Origin: an uncultured cyanobacterium
Lineage (GTDB): Bacteria > Cyanobacteriota > Cyanobacteriia > Pseudanabaenales > Pseudanabaenaceae
NCBI GenBank assembly: GCA_963703315.1
Contig: OY969811.1
Span: forward strand, 3,680,001-3,744,000
Length of the DNA: 64,000 nucleotides
Direction of reading: 5' to 3'
The position numbers were made by a program, and so were the translations under genes. The notes under the pieces are model-generated. The model searched no databases. It had not been told where the DNA came from and worked only from the letters and a program-made list of their open reading frames with translations. This document shows positions 27,762 to 38,117 of this stretch, in pieces; position 1 is the first letter of the stretch, and each line of letters begins with the position of its first letter.

Positions 27762-28536
27762 TAGATACTCTTTTTTTCAGTAGATGATTAAATGGGTAAA
27801 TTAAATGGCTAAAATAATTAGTCTGAATATTTAAATCCGTTCCATATTGATTTGGCATCTCTTGATTTGGCATATAGAAAGTACCGAATATATAATCAAG
27901 AATCGGTAACTGCACTGCTAAATTTTGAGCATATAGTTGAGGATGGCGATCATGATGCCAATGATGAAACTCTGGTGTCGCAATTATCCACTTTAAAATT
28001 GGAAACTTAATGCGAATATTGGCATGAATAAAAAAAGCGATCGCGCTAGAGAATATGGCATAAATTGCGAGAGTCTCAGTGGAAAACCCTAGCCAATAAA
28101 GAGGAATCATTTGACAAGCCTTTGTCACAATCTGCTCAAAAGGATGTACACGTACCGTTGCTAACCAATCAATATGAGTCGAACTATGGTGAATTGCATG
28201 AAACTGCCATAACCAAGGCACAGTATGGAATAAACGATGTAAAATATAAAAACTAAGGTCGCCAATCAATATTGCTGTAGGGACTTGGAATATAAGTGGT
28301 TGTTGACCTACAAAGCTAGATAATATCGGCATTGATCCTTGACTAAGCAAGGCAAAAACAACTAGTAGTTTTGTAGTGCCATGACCAATGAAGTAACCTG
28401 AAAAGTAATAAATAATATCTGTCAACCAACCGTCACGAAATATTTTTTGTTGATGAACTGCTAATAATTTTTCAAACGGTAAAAATATAAAGATTAAGAT
28501 CAATATTCCTTTAAGTACATCAGGCATTTCTAGCAT
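27745..28536 (-). CDS. Sterol desaturase/fatty-acid hydroxylase family protein
   Basis: His boxes YILHRLFH, FHAIHHS, FIHAN, FHHWHH; DYIFGTF. Confidence 0.9.
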   Translation of the reverse strand: MLEMPDVLKGILILIFIFLPFEKLLAVHQQKIFRDGWLTDIIYYFSGYFIGHGTTKLLVVFALLSQGSMPILSSFVGQQPLIFQVPTAILIGDLSFYILHRLFHTVPWLWQFHAIHHSSTHIDWLATVRVHPFEQIVTKACQMIPLYWLGFSTETLAIYAIFSSAIAFFIHANIRIKFPILKWIIATPEFHHWHHDRHPQLYAQNLAVQLPILDYIFGTFYMPNQEMPNQYGTDLNIQTNYFSHLIYPFNHLLKKRVSNGSIN

Positions 28537-28563
28537 TAGTCACATCACTAAATTTGTTGGCAG

Positions 28564-29493
28564 CTAATTGTTGACAGTTAACTTGGCGATCGATTGGGCA
28601 ATTTCAGGGATTCGAGCGATCGCTCTTTGCTGATCTCTAGAAAAATCTTTAGGAAACTTGCAATTTTCAAAAGTTGCTCCATTCCAGTCAATCCCCTTTA
28701 GATTGGCATTCCTAAAATCACAATTCTCCAAAACTGCATTTACAAACCGAGCATTCTCTAAATCTGCTCCGTAAAAAGAAGTCATCGCTGACATTTTGAC
28801 CTTTGCAAAATGGAGATTAAATGCCTTTGTTGCCAAAATAGCAGGAACAATCGTTAATATTGCAAACAAAATTGCATAGTAATGCTCATGCAGCTTAATC
28901 CAACTATAGCCAGCCGAGACTGCTGAAGATACTGCAACCGCCATCCAGACCATACCTACGGCGATCGAGCCTTTTCTATAACCGAGGTACATTCCAAAGA
29001 TAGATGTCGCAAATGCCATCACCATTAAGCCGACGGAGACAACAATCACAGCAGGATGACCAATCAAAGGTGTCAAAAGCAATAGGCTAATGAGTCCTAT
29101 GTACACATAAAACAACCGCCTCTTAGACATGGTTGCCGCCGTTGCAAAGGCAAACATCCAAACAAAAGGATTTGTCAACCATCCATAGGGATTTGACACT
29201 TCACCACCACAGCCTATAAACACTAATCGACCTGAGAACCAAGCAGCTAGTCCTAGAGGAACTCCCAAGATAATATGCAGAACCATTTGTCTAATCTGCG
29301 CTTGAAATGCTTCCGCATCTCTCCCAATCGACGTTTCTGAGAAATCAGCGCCCGTCAGATTTGTACCTCGAAAATCACAACTCCTTAATCTTGAACCTGT
29401 AAAGTCAGTATTATTGGCATTACCTGATCGAAATTCATTTTGAAATGATTGGTTTTTAAAATCGTGATAGCGATAACTTATATGATCATTCAT
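28564..29493 (-). CDS. Pentapeptide-repeat membrane protein
   Basis: N- and C-terminal pentapeptide runs (DFRGTNLTGADF; FYGADLENARF) flanking about 6 TM helices. Confidence 0.85.
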   Translation of the reverse strand: MNDHISYRYHDFKNQSFQNEFRSGNANNTDFTGSRLRSCDFRGTNLTGADFSETSIGRDAEAFQAQIRQMVLHIILGVPLGLAAWFSGRLVFIGCGGEVSNPYGWLTNPFVWMFAFATAATMSKRRLFYVYIGLISLLLLTPLIGHPAVIVVSVGLMVMAFATSIFGMYLGYRKGSIAVGMVWMAVAVSSAVSAGYSWIKLHEHYYAILFAILTIVPAILATKAFNLHFAKVKMSAMTSFYGADLENARFVNAVLENCDFRNANLKGIDWNGATFENCKFPKDFSRDQQRAIARIPEIAQSIAKLTVNN

Positions 29494-29533
29494 TGCCTAA
29501 CCTCCAATTAATTTCACACTAATTAATTTCGCA

Positions 29534-30241
29534 TTAATCTCGCAAGAGAGTTCCTTCAGCACAAGTTGGCTTACCATTTTGGAGAAAAGGTTTAGGCAAT
29601 CTTGTTGTTACTCCCATATCAGGTGACTCACAGAGAATTGTAAAAGTTGCCAGTTGTTGTTTGACCGCTTGGGTTTTAGCTTTATCTGCTGTTTGCAAAT
29701 CTTGAGAGGATTCAGGCAAAACAAATACTGCACCAACAAAACCTTTTGCCTTGTCATTCTTGGGAATAGCGTATTGATAAGAGACAAAATTAAAACTTTG
29801 CAACTCATACTTATAGTTATTGGTCTCTTCACTTATGCCCAGACCTAAAACAGGAATTGATTTGCCAAACGCTCCATTTTCTAACCAAAAGGCTTGTTGA
29901 CCTCGATTCATAGTCCCAACATAGGTTTTGCCCTCAGAACTCCTCACTTTATTGCCGCAACTATTTGTCTGATTGAGAAAATTAGGTAAAACTAGACCCA
30001 TTACACCCAAACCTAAAAGACTGTAGACAACCCAACGCCAAAGAGAGCGCCTAGATTTTTGTGGTTGATCCGATCTTACTGACTCTTGCGGCTCCTGATG
30101 TAAATCAGCGATCGCCTCTTGTTCAGTTTCTAAGACTAGTAAATCACTGCTTAGTTTATCTATTTGCAGAGCTTCTCCTTGAGAATTATCGTCATTTTGC
30201 AGCAATAAATCAGATGCTTTGGGTGGGGCTTGCCGAGTCAT
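29534..30241 (-). CDS. Type IV pilin-like G/H family protein
   Basis: TM followed by LPNFLNQ...SEGKTYVGTMNRGQQAFWLE, LGLGISEETNNY, C-terminal Cys pair. Confidence 0.85.
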   Translation of the reverse strand: MTRQAPPKASDLLLQNDDNSQGEALQIDKLSSDLLVLETEQEAIADLHQEPQESVRSDQPQKSRRSLWRWVVYSLLGLGVMGLVLPNFLNQTNSCGNKVRSSEGKTYVGTMNRGQQAFWLENGAFGKSIPVLGLGISEETNNYKYELQSFNFVSYQYAIPKNDKAKGFVGAVFVLPESSQDLQTADKAKTQAVKQQLATFTILCESPDMGVTTRLPKPFLQNGKPTCAEGTLLRD

Positions 30242-30352
30242 TTGGATTACCTCTTGAATAAATTACAGATAATTTCATTGTTTTTTAGGTTGCCTAGCCT
30301 TCTACAATCTGCAATCTCTGTTATAGGCTTTGATTAATATTGCCCTTAATCC

Positions 30353-30390
30353 AGAGGATAAGAAGCGATCGCGATCGCTTCTTATCCTCT
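30353..30390. repeat. Perfect 38-bp palindrome centred on two overlapping HIP1 sites
   Basis: AGAGGATAAGAAGCGATCGCGATCGCTTCTTATCCTCT. Confidence 0.85.
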
Positions 30391-30746
30391 AGAGTCTTCT
30401 ATCTTGCGTGCTAAACAAATAAGTACAAATACTTAGGAAACAAAAATCAGATTGGAAACCATCCTTGCCTCTTAGGTCATTTTAAAAACGACTTGATCTA
30501 GTACTGCTATATTGTTAACTAATGTATTAAATTATTGCTATTTACTCCTTTAGGAGTAGCTCAACATATCCTTAACACTTTTTTAAGATTTCTCGTCGAA
30601 TGCATATAATTTATAAATATAGTTAGACTCCTTATTCTGAGAGGGTTTGAGTATTATAAATATTTTGTCAGAAGGCAAACGTAAAGATGTGTTAAGCTAA
30701 TTTGAAATCCATATAAATACTCTTAGTTAAAGCAGGATTTAAGAAT

Positions 30747-31814
30747 ATGACCATTGCAATGGGCAGGTCGCAAGAAGTCGAAAGAGGATGGTTTGACATC
30801 ATCGACGACTGGCTAAAGCGCGACAGATTTGTATTTATTGGTTGGAGTGGTTTATTACTATTCCCCACCGCATTTTTATCTATTGGTGGTTGGTTTACAG
30901 GGATCACCTTCGTATCTTCTTGGTACACTCATGGTCTAGCTTCTAGCTTCCTTGAAGGATGCAATATCTTGACCGTAGCTGTATCTTCTCCCGCATTGAG
31001 CGTTGGTCACTCACTGCTTTTGCTATGGGGACCTGAAGCACAGGGCGACTTTACTCGCTGGTGTCAAATTGGTGGTTTGTGGACATTTCTTGCACTACAT
31101 GGCTCTTTTGCATTGATTGGCTTTATGCTGCGTCAATTTGAAATTGCTCGTCTAGTCGGTATCCGTCCTTATAATGCGATCGCCTTCTCTGGTCCTATCG
31201 CTGTATTTGTATCCGTATTCTTGATGTACCCCTTGGGTCAATCTGGTTGGTTCTTTGGACCTACCTTCGGTGTAGCTGGTATTTTCCGTTTCATCTTGTT
31301 CTTACAAGGTTTCCACAACTGGACTCTGAACCCATTCCACATGATGGGCGTAGCAGGCATCCTCGGTGGCGCATTGCTCTGTGCAATTCACGGTGCAACT
31401 GTTGAAAACACCTTGTTTGAAGATGGCGATGGTTCTAGCGCTAACACCTTTAAAGCTTTTAACCCTACCCAATCTGAAGAAACCTACTCCATGGTTACAG
31501 CTAACCGCTTCTGGAGCCAAATCTTCGGTATTGCTTTCTCCAACAAGCGTTGGTTACACTTCTTCATGCTATTCGTACCTGTAACTGGACTATGGTTCAG
31601 CAGCGTCGGTATCGTCGGTCTAGCATTAAACTTGCGTGCCTATGACTTCGTTTCTCAAGAAGTCCGCGCCGCAGAAGATCCTGAATTTGAAACCTTCTAC
31701 ACCAAGAACTTGCTCTTGAATGAAGGTATTCGTGCTTGGATGGCTCCTCAAGACCAACCTGCCGAAAAATTCATTTTCCCTGAAGAAGTATTGCCTCGCG
31801 GTAACGCACTATAA
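30747..31814 (+). CDS. psbD: Photosystem II D2 protein
   Basis: [26 protein letters not shown] (TyrD), [23 protein letters not shown]. Confidence 0.99.
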   Translation: MTIAMGRSQEVERGWFDIIDDWLKRDRFVFIGWSGLLLFPTAFLSIGGWFTGITFVSSWYTHGLASSFLEGCNILTVAVSSPALSVGHSLLLLWGPEAQGDFTRWCQIGGLWTFLALHGSFALIGFMLRQFEIARLVGIRPYNAIAFSGPIAVFVSVFLMYPLGQSGWFFGPTFGVAGIFRFILFLQGFHNWTLNPFHMMGVAGILGGALLCAIHGATVENTLFEDGDGSSANTFKAFNPTQSEETYSMVTANRFWSQIFGIAFSNKRWLHFFMLFVPVTGLWFSSVGIVGLALNLRAYDFVSQEVRAAEDPEFETFYTKNLLLNEGIRAWMAPQDQPAEKFIFPEEVLPRGNAL

Positions 31815-31826
31815 AATCCTCAAATA

Positions 31827-31972
31827 TTTTGGACGACGCGAAGCGTCGTCCAAAATGTCTTATTAATTTAGCTATCAGAGATCAGCGCAGTTCGACTAGT
31901 TTTTAGATTATGATGAATCTCATCAAACCTCTAGACGTTAGCAGCTACTAAAGCTGATTTCTGATAGCTAAA
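31827..31972 (+). other. Structured psbD-psbC spacer (two hairpins)
   Basis: TTTTGGACGACGC-GAA-GCGTCGTCCAAAA (31827-31855); long IR TTTAGCTATCAGAGATCAGC (from 31867) / GCTGATTTCTGATAGCTAAA (to 31972). Confidence 0.7.
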
Positions 31973-32022
31973 AAATTATTTGCAATTTAAACCTATAAAA
32001 AGTTTTCTGGAGATAACCTCTC

Positions 32023-33414
32023 GTGACGACGACCATTAACTTAAACTCGCTAGGAGTGGGCGGGCGTACACAGGATTCATCGGGCTTTGCTTGGTGGTCT
32101 GGCAACGCACGACTCATTAACCTTTCTGGCAAACTGCTGGGCGCTCACGTTGCTCACGCTGGATTGATCGTATTCTGGGCTGGTGCAATGACTTTGTTTG
32201 AAGTTGCACACTTTGTTCCTGAAAAGCCTCTCTATGAGCAAGGTTTTATCTTGCTACCTCACCTTGCTACTCAAGGTTGGGGTGTGGGTGCTGGTGGCGA
32301 AATTGTTGATATATTTCCCTACTTTGTAGTTGGTGTTTTACACCTGATTTCCTCCGCAGTACTTGGCTTTGGTGGTATCTACCATGCTTTGCGCGGACCT
32401 GAAGTACTTGAGAACTATTCTTCTTTCTTTGGCTACGACTGGAAAGATAAGAACCAAATGACCAATATCATTGGGTATCACCTAATTGTTTTGGGATTTG
32501 GGGCGCTTCTGCTTGTATTTAAAGCGATGTTCTTTGGTGGACTCTACGACACTTGGGCTCCTGGTGGTGGTGACGTACGGGTAATTACCAACCCAACCAT
32601 TAACCCTGTAATCATCTTCGGTTATCTCCTTAACTCACCCTTTGGTGGCGAAGGCAACATTGTTGGTGTTGATAACCTTGAAGATGTTGTTGGTGGTCAT
32701 ATCTGGATTGGCTTGATCTGCATCACTGGTGGTATTTGGCATATTGTCACTAAGCCTTTCGGTTGGGCGCGTCGTGCCTTGGTTTGGTCTGGTGAAGCAT
32801 ATCTTTCCTACAGCCTTGGCGCATTGAGCTTGATGGCATTTATCGCTACTTGCTTTGTATGGTTTAACAACACTGTTTATCCTAGTGAGTTCTTTGGTCC
32901 TACTGGTGCTGAAGCTTCTCAGTCTCAAGCATTTACTTACCTTGTACGTGACCAAAAGTTAGGTGCAAACATCGCAACTTCTCAAGGTCCTACTGGTCTT
33001 GGTAAATACCTGATGCGTTCTCCTTCGGGCGAAATCATCTTCGGTGGTGAAACCATGCGTTTCTGGGACTTCCGTGGTCCTTGGTTAGAGCCTCTGCGTG
33101 GTCCTAGCGGTTTGGATATTGACAAACTCAAGAATGATGTTCAGCCTTGGCAAGTACGTCGTGCTGCTGAGTACATGACCCATGCTCCTTTGGGTTCCTT
33201 GAACTCAGTTGGTGGTGTTATCACTGAAATTAACGCAGTTAACTTCGTATCTCCTCGTTCTTGGTTGTCTACTTCTCACTTCGTATTGTCCTTCATGTTC
33301 CTAGTTGGTCACCTATGGCACGCTGGTCGCGCTCGCGCGGCTGTTGCTGGCTTTGAAAAAGGTATTGACCGTAAGACTGAAGCTGTACTGTCTATGCCTG
33401 AGCTTGATAAATAG
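32023..33414 (+). CDS. psbC: Photosystem II CP43
   Basis: [55 protein letters not shown] start with GGAG RBS. Confidence 0.99.
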   Translation: MTTTINLNSLGVGGRTQDSSGFAWWSGNARLINLSGKLLGAHVAHAGLIVFWAGAMTLFEVAHFVPEKPLYEQGFILLPHLATQGWGVGAGGEIVDIFPYFVVGVLHLISSAVLGFGGIYHALRGPEVLENYSSFFGYDWKDKNQMTNIIGYHLIVLGFGALLLVFKAMFFGGLYDTWAPGGGDVRVITNPTINPVIIFGYLLNSPFGGEGNIVGVDNLEDVVGGHIWIGLICITGGIWHIVTKPFGWARRALVWSGEAYLSYSLGALSLMAFIATCFVWFNNTVYPSEFFGPTGAEASQSQAFTYLVRDQKLGANIATSQGPTGLGKYLMRSPSGEIIFGGETMRFWDFRGPWLEPLRGPSGLDIDKLKNDVQPWQVRRAAEYMTHAPLGSLNSVGGVITEINAVNFVSPRSWLSTSHFVLSFMFLVGHLWHAGRARAAVAGFEKGIDRKTEAVLSMPELDK

Positions 33415-33429
33415 TCTCAAGTAAAGTTT

Positions 33430-33466
33430 CAATAAAAAAGGGGTGTCAGACACCCCTTTTTTATTG
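33430..33466 (+). terminator. psbC intrinsic terminator
   Basis: CAATAAAAAAGGGGTGTC-A-GACACCCCTTTTTTATTG. Confidence 0.8.
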
Positions 33467-33479
33467 CTAAAAACAAAAA

Positions 33480-33571
33480 TACAGCCTATTAAGGCTTTAA
33501 GATAAACTTTTGAAAGCGCCGCTTTGCGGCGCTTTCAAAAGTTTATCTGTTTTTTAGCGCAAAGCGCTGTA
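33480..33571. mobile_element. MITE family G, copy 1
   Basis: Ends TACAGC...GCTGTA; hairpin AGATAAACTTTTGAAAGCGCCGC-TTT-GCGGCGCTTTCAAAAGTTTATCT; related to 35142-35232 and a partial copy ending at 41781. Confidence 0.75.
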
Positions 33572-33572
33572 A

Positions 33573-33872
33573 CTAGTTACTACCCGTAAATATGACATCA
33601 GGGAATTTGCCTTGGGCTTCTGTCATCGGACGATTTTTGCCCTCTTGCTGCCAGTAATTAATTACTTCGGTTGCCTTATTTAAAATTTCAATCCGATCTT
33701 GATCGGCAATCCAAGGCTTGCTTTCCATTTCTGATTTAAGTTGATCCCAAGCATCATCACGGGGCCAAAAGAAATACTTGGTGAGAGGGCTGAAACCTTT
33801 GCCAACGACTTGATCGACGGCAAGAGCTACGTTATTCTCTAACCATAAGATTTTTAGAATAAACTGGGACAA
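33573..33872 (-). CDS. ycf65: 30S ribosomal protein PSRP-3 / Ycf65
   Basis: [35 protein letters not shown]. Confidence 0.95.
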   Translation of the reverse strand: MSQFILKILWLENNVALAVDQVVGKGFSPLTKYFFWPRDDAWDQLKSEMESKPWIADQDRIEILNKATEVINYWQQEGKNRPMTEAQGKFPDVIFTGSN

Positions 33873-33932
33873 TGCTACCTACCTCCAAGAAAAGTTAAAT
33901 TACATATTAAAGTAGCGATCTTCCAATATAAC

Positions 33933-34736
33933 ATGATTGAAACCTCTAAAGTTGGCTCCAAATTACTAAGCACAAGTATTTTTGTATTTGATATCGATGG
34001 TGTAATTCGCGATGTGTCGGGTTCGTATCGTCGTGCGCTCGCAGATACGGTCGAGTATTTTACTAATTCCGCATATCGCCCCACCTCAGAAGAGATTGAT
34101 GAGTTGAAGTCTGAGGGGATTTGGAATAATGACTGGGAAGCCTCGCAGGAGTTAATTAAGAGGCATTTTGATAGTTTAGGCAAGACAACCAAGGTATCCT
34201 ACGAAGAAATTGTGGCTTTTTTTCAGAGCCGCTATCGAGGTGTTGAGCCTGACTGGTCAGATGGCTATATTGCGACGGAGCCTTTGATTGCGACAACTAC
34301 ATATTTTCAAGACTTAACAGCATCGGGAATTGGTTGGGGCTTTTTTAGTGGGGCGACACGAGCTTCTGCTAGCTATGTATTGAGTCGTTTAGCGATCGCT
34401 GATCCTATATTAATCGCCATGGAGGATGCCGCAGGTAAGCCTGATCCTACAGGGCTTTTGCTAGCCGTCAAGCAAATTGAGACGCAACAAAATCAGTCGG
34501 CGAATTTGGTTGTATATGTGGGTGATACGGTGGCGGATATGCTGACTGTAGTAAAAGCGAGAACCTATGACACTAATTACAAATATTTGGCAGTTGGTGT
34601 GATCCCTCCCCATGTATCGGAGGATTTGCGCGATCACTATGCAGCTTTGCTGAAGGACAATGGCGCAGATATTGTTTTAAATAGCGTATTAGAGTTAACG
34701 CCCCAGCTTAATCTATTGCAAGATTTGGTAAGTTAA
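33933..34736 (+). CDS. HAD-superfamily hydrolase (cyanobacterial TIGR01548 type)
   Basis: FDIDGVIRDV, LKSEGIWNNDW, GKPDPTGL, YVGDTVADM. Confidence 0.9.
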   Translation: MIETSKVGSKLLSTSIFVFDIDGVIRDVSGSYRRALADTVEYFTNSAYRPTSEEIDELKSEGIWNNDWEASQELIKRHFDSLGKTTKVSYEEIVAFFQSRYRGVEPDWSDGYIATEPLIATTTYFQDLTASGIGWGFFSGATRASASYVLSRLAIADPILIAMEDAAGKPDPTGLLLAVKQIETQQNQSANLVVYVGDTVADMLTVVKARTYDTNYKYLAVGVIPPHVSEDLRDHYAALLKDNGADIVLNSVLELTPQLNLLQDLVS

Positions 34737-34795
34737 ATAAGCGTTAACATAGATCTGGCTTTACAAGCCACTATCTTGTTAAGTTAAAAAAATCT

Positions 34796-35137
34796 ATGTC
34801 AGATTCCCAACAGTATTATTTTGTCGCGGCTAGCCGTAAATATTTGTGTGAAGACGAAGGGAAACCTTTGGGTGAAACTTTATCCGAGCGTCGTCGTAAT
34901 TTCGAGGCGCGTAATTTAGAAGTTAACTTTTGGTTGATTGAAAATCCTGCTTTTTTGGAAGCCCCTGAATTAGCAAATATTAAAAAGCAAATTCCTCAAC
35001 CTGCGGCAGCGATTGTCACAACCGATCCGAATACTATGCGTTGGTTGAAGCTAAGACTGGAGTTTGTCGCGACGGGTGAGTTTACTGCGCCAAGTGCCTC
35101 AATTCCTGATCCTTTGGCATCATTGGCGATCGCCTAA
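34796..35137 (+). CDS. ycf54: Ycf54, MgPME cyclase accessory protein
   Basis: YYFVAASRKYL, FWLIENPAFLEAP, WLKLRLEFV. Confidence 0.92.
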   Translation: MSDSQQYYFVAASRKYLCEDEGKPLGETLSERRRNFEARNLEVNFWLIENPAFLEAPELANIKKQIPQPAAAIVTTDPNTMRWLKLRLEFVATGEFTAPSASIPDPLASLAIA

Positions 35138-35141
35138 TTGA

Positions 35142-35232
35142 TACAGCGCTTTGTGCTAAATGAAAAACCAAAGAAATTTTTGAAAGCGCTACGAAGTGGC
35201 GCTTTCAAAAATTTCTTTGTAGATAACTGCAA
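35142..35232. repeat. MITE family G, copy 2
   Basis: TACAGCGCTTTGTGCTAAA...AAAGAAATTTTTGAAAGCGC..GCGCTTTCAAAAATTTCTTT. Confidence 0.7.
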
Positions 35233-35261
35233 TTTGCCGATCGCTAAACATCACAAAAACT

Positions 35262-36164
35262 GTGTCTAGTTATTTTCGCAATCTTCCTTCAACTGGTTTG
35301 CATACTCAATATGGGTATGCAAATTTTGGCTTTAAGGCGATATCAAGTGCTAGTCGTAAATATAGCGATCGCAATTTATATAATTTGACGAATGTAGTTG
35401 AGTCAAAAACTTTAAAGCAAGAGCAACCTGATTGTCGGTTTCACCTGATCCAAAAATTTTCAGTGCAGAAGGCAGGCAATGAGATCGCGGAATGTGAAGA
35501 TATTTGGGAGCAATCAGAGCAAGATCTGCGGATCTTGATTGCTTTGTCTGATGGGGCAACCGAATCTTCATTTTCGCGGGAATGGGCTAAGGAGCTAGTG
35601 ACAGGCTTTGTCTATGGCAATTCAAATCAATCTTCAGATTATGCAAATCACCATTGGCTGTTACCACTGCAAGCAAATTGGAAGCAATGGCTAGCAAATC
35701 AAAACTTATCTTGGTTTGCAAAACGTAAGGCAGGGGAAGGGGCTTTTGCCACTTTTTTAAGTCTAGAAGTTTTGCCTGATCTAAGTTGGAAATCGCTGGC
35801 AGTCGGTGACTCATGTTTATTCGTCGTGCGCGATCGCTGCTTACAAACTAGTTTTCCTTTACAAAATAGTGATCAATTTAATCATCGTCCGAGACTGATT
35901 GGCACTAATGTACAGGCGCAAAATATTCATATTTCCCGAATGTATGGAGAGGCAAAACTCGGCGATCGCTTTTACCTGACTACGGATGCGATCGCCTGTT
36001 GGGTGTTTCAGCAACTAGAAGCAAATCAAGAGCCTTGGCTAAAATTAGAGCAGCTTAGTTCACAGGATTTGTTTGTAAAATGGGTGAGCGAATTACGCGA
36101 TCGGCGTGAGATTGCTAATGACGATACAACCTTGCTATGTCTAGAAATTCGCTGTGAATCATGA
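35262..36164 (+). CDS. PP2C-family protein phosphatase domain protein
   Basis: ECED, IALSDGATES, AVGDSCLF, LTTDAIA, NDDTTL; start codon uncertain. Confidence 0.85.
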   Translation: MSSYFRNLPSTGLHTQYGYANFGFKAISSASRKYSDRNLYNLTNVVESKTLKQEQPDCRFHLIQKFSVQKAGNEIAECEDIWEQSEQDLRILIALSDGATESSFSREWAKELVTGFVYGNSNQSSDYANHHWLLPLQANWKQWLANQNLSWFAKRKAGEGAFATFLSLEVLPDLSWKSLAVGDSCLFVVRDRCLQTSFPLQNSDQFNHRPRLIGTNVQAQNIHISRMYGEAKLGDRFYLTTDAIACWVFQQLEANQEPWLKLEQLSSQDLFVKWVSELRDRREIANDDTTLLCLEIRCES

Positions 36165-38083
36165 CCATTCAGACTTGGCCTTTAAATATTGATTTCACGA
36201 TCGCGGTGCAAAATCCCCAGCTTTGCTTTGCTGATCCTGATCTCAAACAAGCGAACGCTTCTAAAAATTCACGGGGCAGAGTTTTATTATGGTCGGGCAA
36301 TTTTGCCACTGTTTATAAGCTCACTAAGGGCGATCGCTCTTGGGCAGTGCGTTGCTTTACACGCACACCGCAATCAGATGTACAGCAACGCTATCGATTA
36401 ATCAGTGAATATCTGAGTCAGTATCCAATTGCTTATTTAGTGGATTTTGAATTTCTGACCCAAGGAATTTTAGTGAAAGGTGACTGGTATCCAGTTCTAA
36501 AGATGGATTGGATCGAAGGAGTTGAGCTAGATCGTTATATTGGTGAATATATTGATGACTCTCAAGTATTGTTGCGCCTAGAGCGACAATTGAAACAACT
36601 TCAGAAAGACTTGCAACAGATTGGTATTGCTCATGGGGATTTGCAGCATGGAAATATCATGGTGGACGATCAGGGCGAATTGAAGCTCGTTGACTACGAT
36701 GGTATGTATGTTCCTGCTTTGCGGGGAACGCCACCACTTGAGGTGGGGCATCCTAACTACCAACCACCAAAGCGATCGCCTAATGATTTTAGCGATCGCC
36801 TTGATGAATTCTCTTTTGAAGTAATTTCCCTATCACTACGGGCTTTGGCAACGGAGCCGAATCTCTGGGCAACCTTTCACGAAGACAACAAAAACTTAAT
36901 TTTCCGTCAAAATGATTTTCAAGAGCCTGAGCGATCTCCTGTATTTCAGGCGATCGCCAATATTCCTGACGATGAAACCCGTGAGTTATGCGATCGCTTA
37001 GTACGTCGATGTCAGGGTAAAGATGCTCAGCAACTGGAGTCAAAATCCCCGAAACTAGAATTTTCAATTAAACCATATCTGCCATTTTTAACGATCGCTA
37101 TATTTGCATTAGTTATTGTTGGTGTTTGGGGATTTTTAAAACAAAATCAATCACCATCAATTAGCCAATCTCCTCAAGCATTACCAACAGATAGCCCTCC
37201 CTCTCCTCTACCAATTAATACCAATAATCCCACTGTTTCCCTAACTCCAAAATTAACGCCGATTACAGGATCTAGCTTAATTACTAAGTATGCCGATGGA
37301 CAACGAGACTTTAGTAACGTAAAGCTTATAGGCTCTCAAGGTGAACAATTGCAGGGAAAAGACTTTAGCAATATTAATCTCAGTGGTTCAAGTTTAGAGC
37401 GTGTAGATTTACGTCAAGTCATCTTTAAAAATGCTAACTTGAATGGCATTAAAATTACTAAAGTAGATCTCAGGGGTGCAGATTTAAGTAATGCTAGTTT
37501 AATTGACGCAAACTTAGCCTTTTCTAATCTTACCGAAGCAAATTTATCGCAAGCAAATTTATTGCGAGCTAATTTATCGCAGTCAAAATTAGGCTCAGCA
37601 ATTTTGCAAAGAACAGAGCTAATGCGTGTCAATCTCAGTGAAGCAGATCTCAGTTCGGCAAATCTCAATGGTGCTAATTTAGTACTAGCCAATCTTCGCA
37701 AAACTAATCTTGCTCAAGCTAATCTGCGTGAAAGTAACTTAGCCGCCGCTAACCTCAGTGACGCGATCTTAGATGGAGCTGATTTATCTGTATCTGACTT
37801 GCGATCGGCTGAGTTACATTTGACTAATCTCTCCAATGCCAACCTGAGCTATGCCAATTTAACATCGGCAAAATTAGTTTTGATTGAGTTTGCCAGCACA
37901 AATCTAAGCGGTGCTAATTTTCGTAATGCGATCGTCGAAAACATTGGTAGCATCGAATCTGCCAACTTTACAAACAGCTTAAATCTTGCCCCTAATACCC
38001 GCAAATATTTCTGTTCTCTAGCCTCTGGTAACGTTGCAGAAACTGGTAATTCCACAAGATCAACCCTTAATTGTTCTCCATAA
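36161..38083 (+). CDS. Ser/Thr kinase-TM-pentapeptide repeat protein
   Basis: SGNFATVYK, WAVRCF, HGDLQHGNIMV, LVDYDG; one TM helix; long A(N/D)LxX pentapeptide run; ATGA overlap with the PP2C gene. Confidence 0.9.
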   Translation: MTIQTWPLNIDFTIAVQNPQLCFADPDLKQANASKNSRGRVLLWSGNFATVYKLTKGDRSWAVRCFTRTPQSDVQQRYRLISEYLSQYPIAYLVDFEFLTQGILVKGDWYPVLKMDWIEGVELDRYIGEYIDDSQVLLRLERQLKQLQKDLQQIGIAHGDLQHGNIMVDDQGELKLVDYDGMYVPALRGTPPLEVGHPNYQPPKRSPNDFSDRLDEFSFEVISLSLRALATEPNLWATFHEDNKNLIFRQNDFQEPERSPVFQAIANIPDDETRELCDRLVRRCQGKDAQQLESKSPKLEFSIKPYLPFLTIAIFALVIVGVWGFLKQNQSPSISQSPQALPTDSPPSPLPINTNNPTVSLTPKLTPITGSSLITKYADGQRDFSNVKLIGSQGEQLQGKDFSNINLSGSSLERVDLRQVIFKNANLNGIKITKVDLRGADLSNASLIDANLAFSNLTEANLSQANLLRANLSQSKLGSAILQRTELMRVNLSEADLSSANLNGANLVLANLRKTNLAQANLRESNLAAANLSDAILDGADLSVSDLRSAELHLTNLSNANLSYANLTSAKLVLIEFASTNLSGANFRNAIVENIGSIESANFTNSLNLAPNTRKYFCSLASGNVAETGNSTRSTLNCSP

Positions 38084-38117
38084 AAAAGATTGCATAGCAA
38101 TCTTTTTATTTGTTTTT

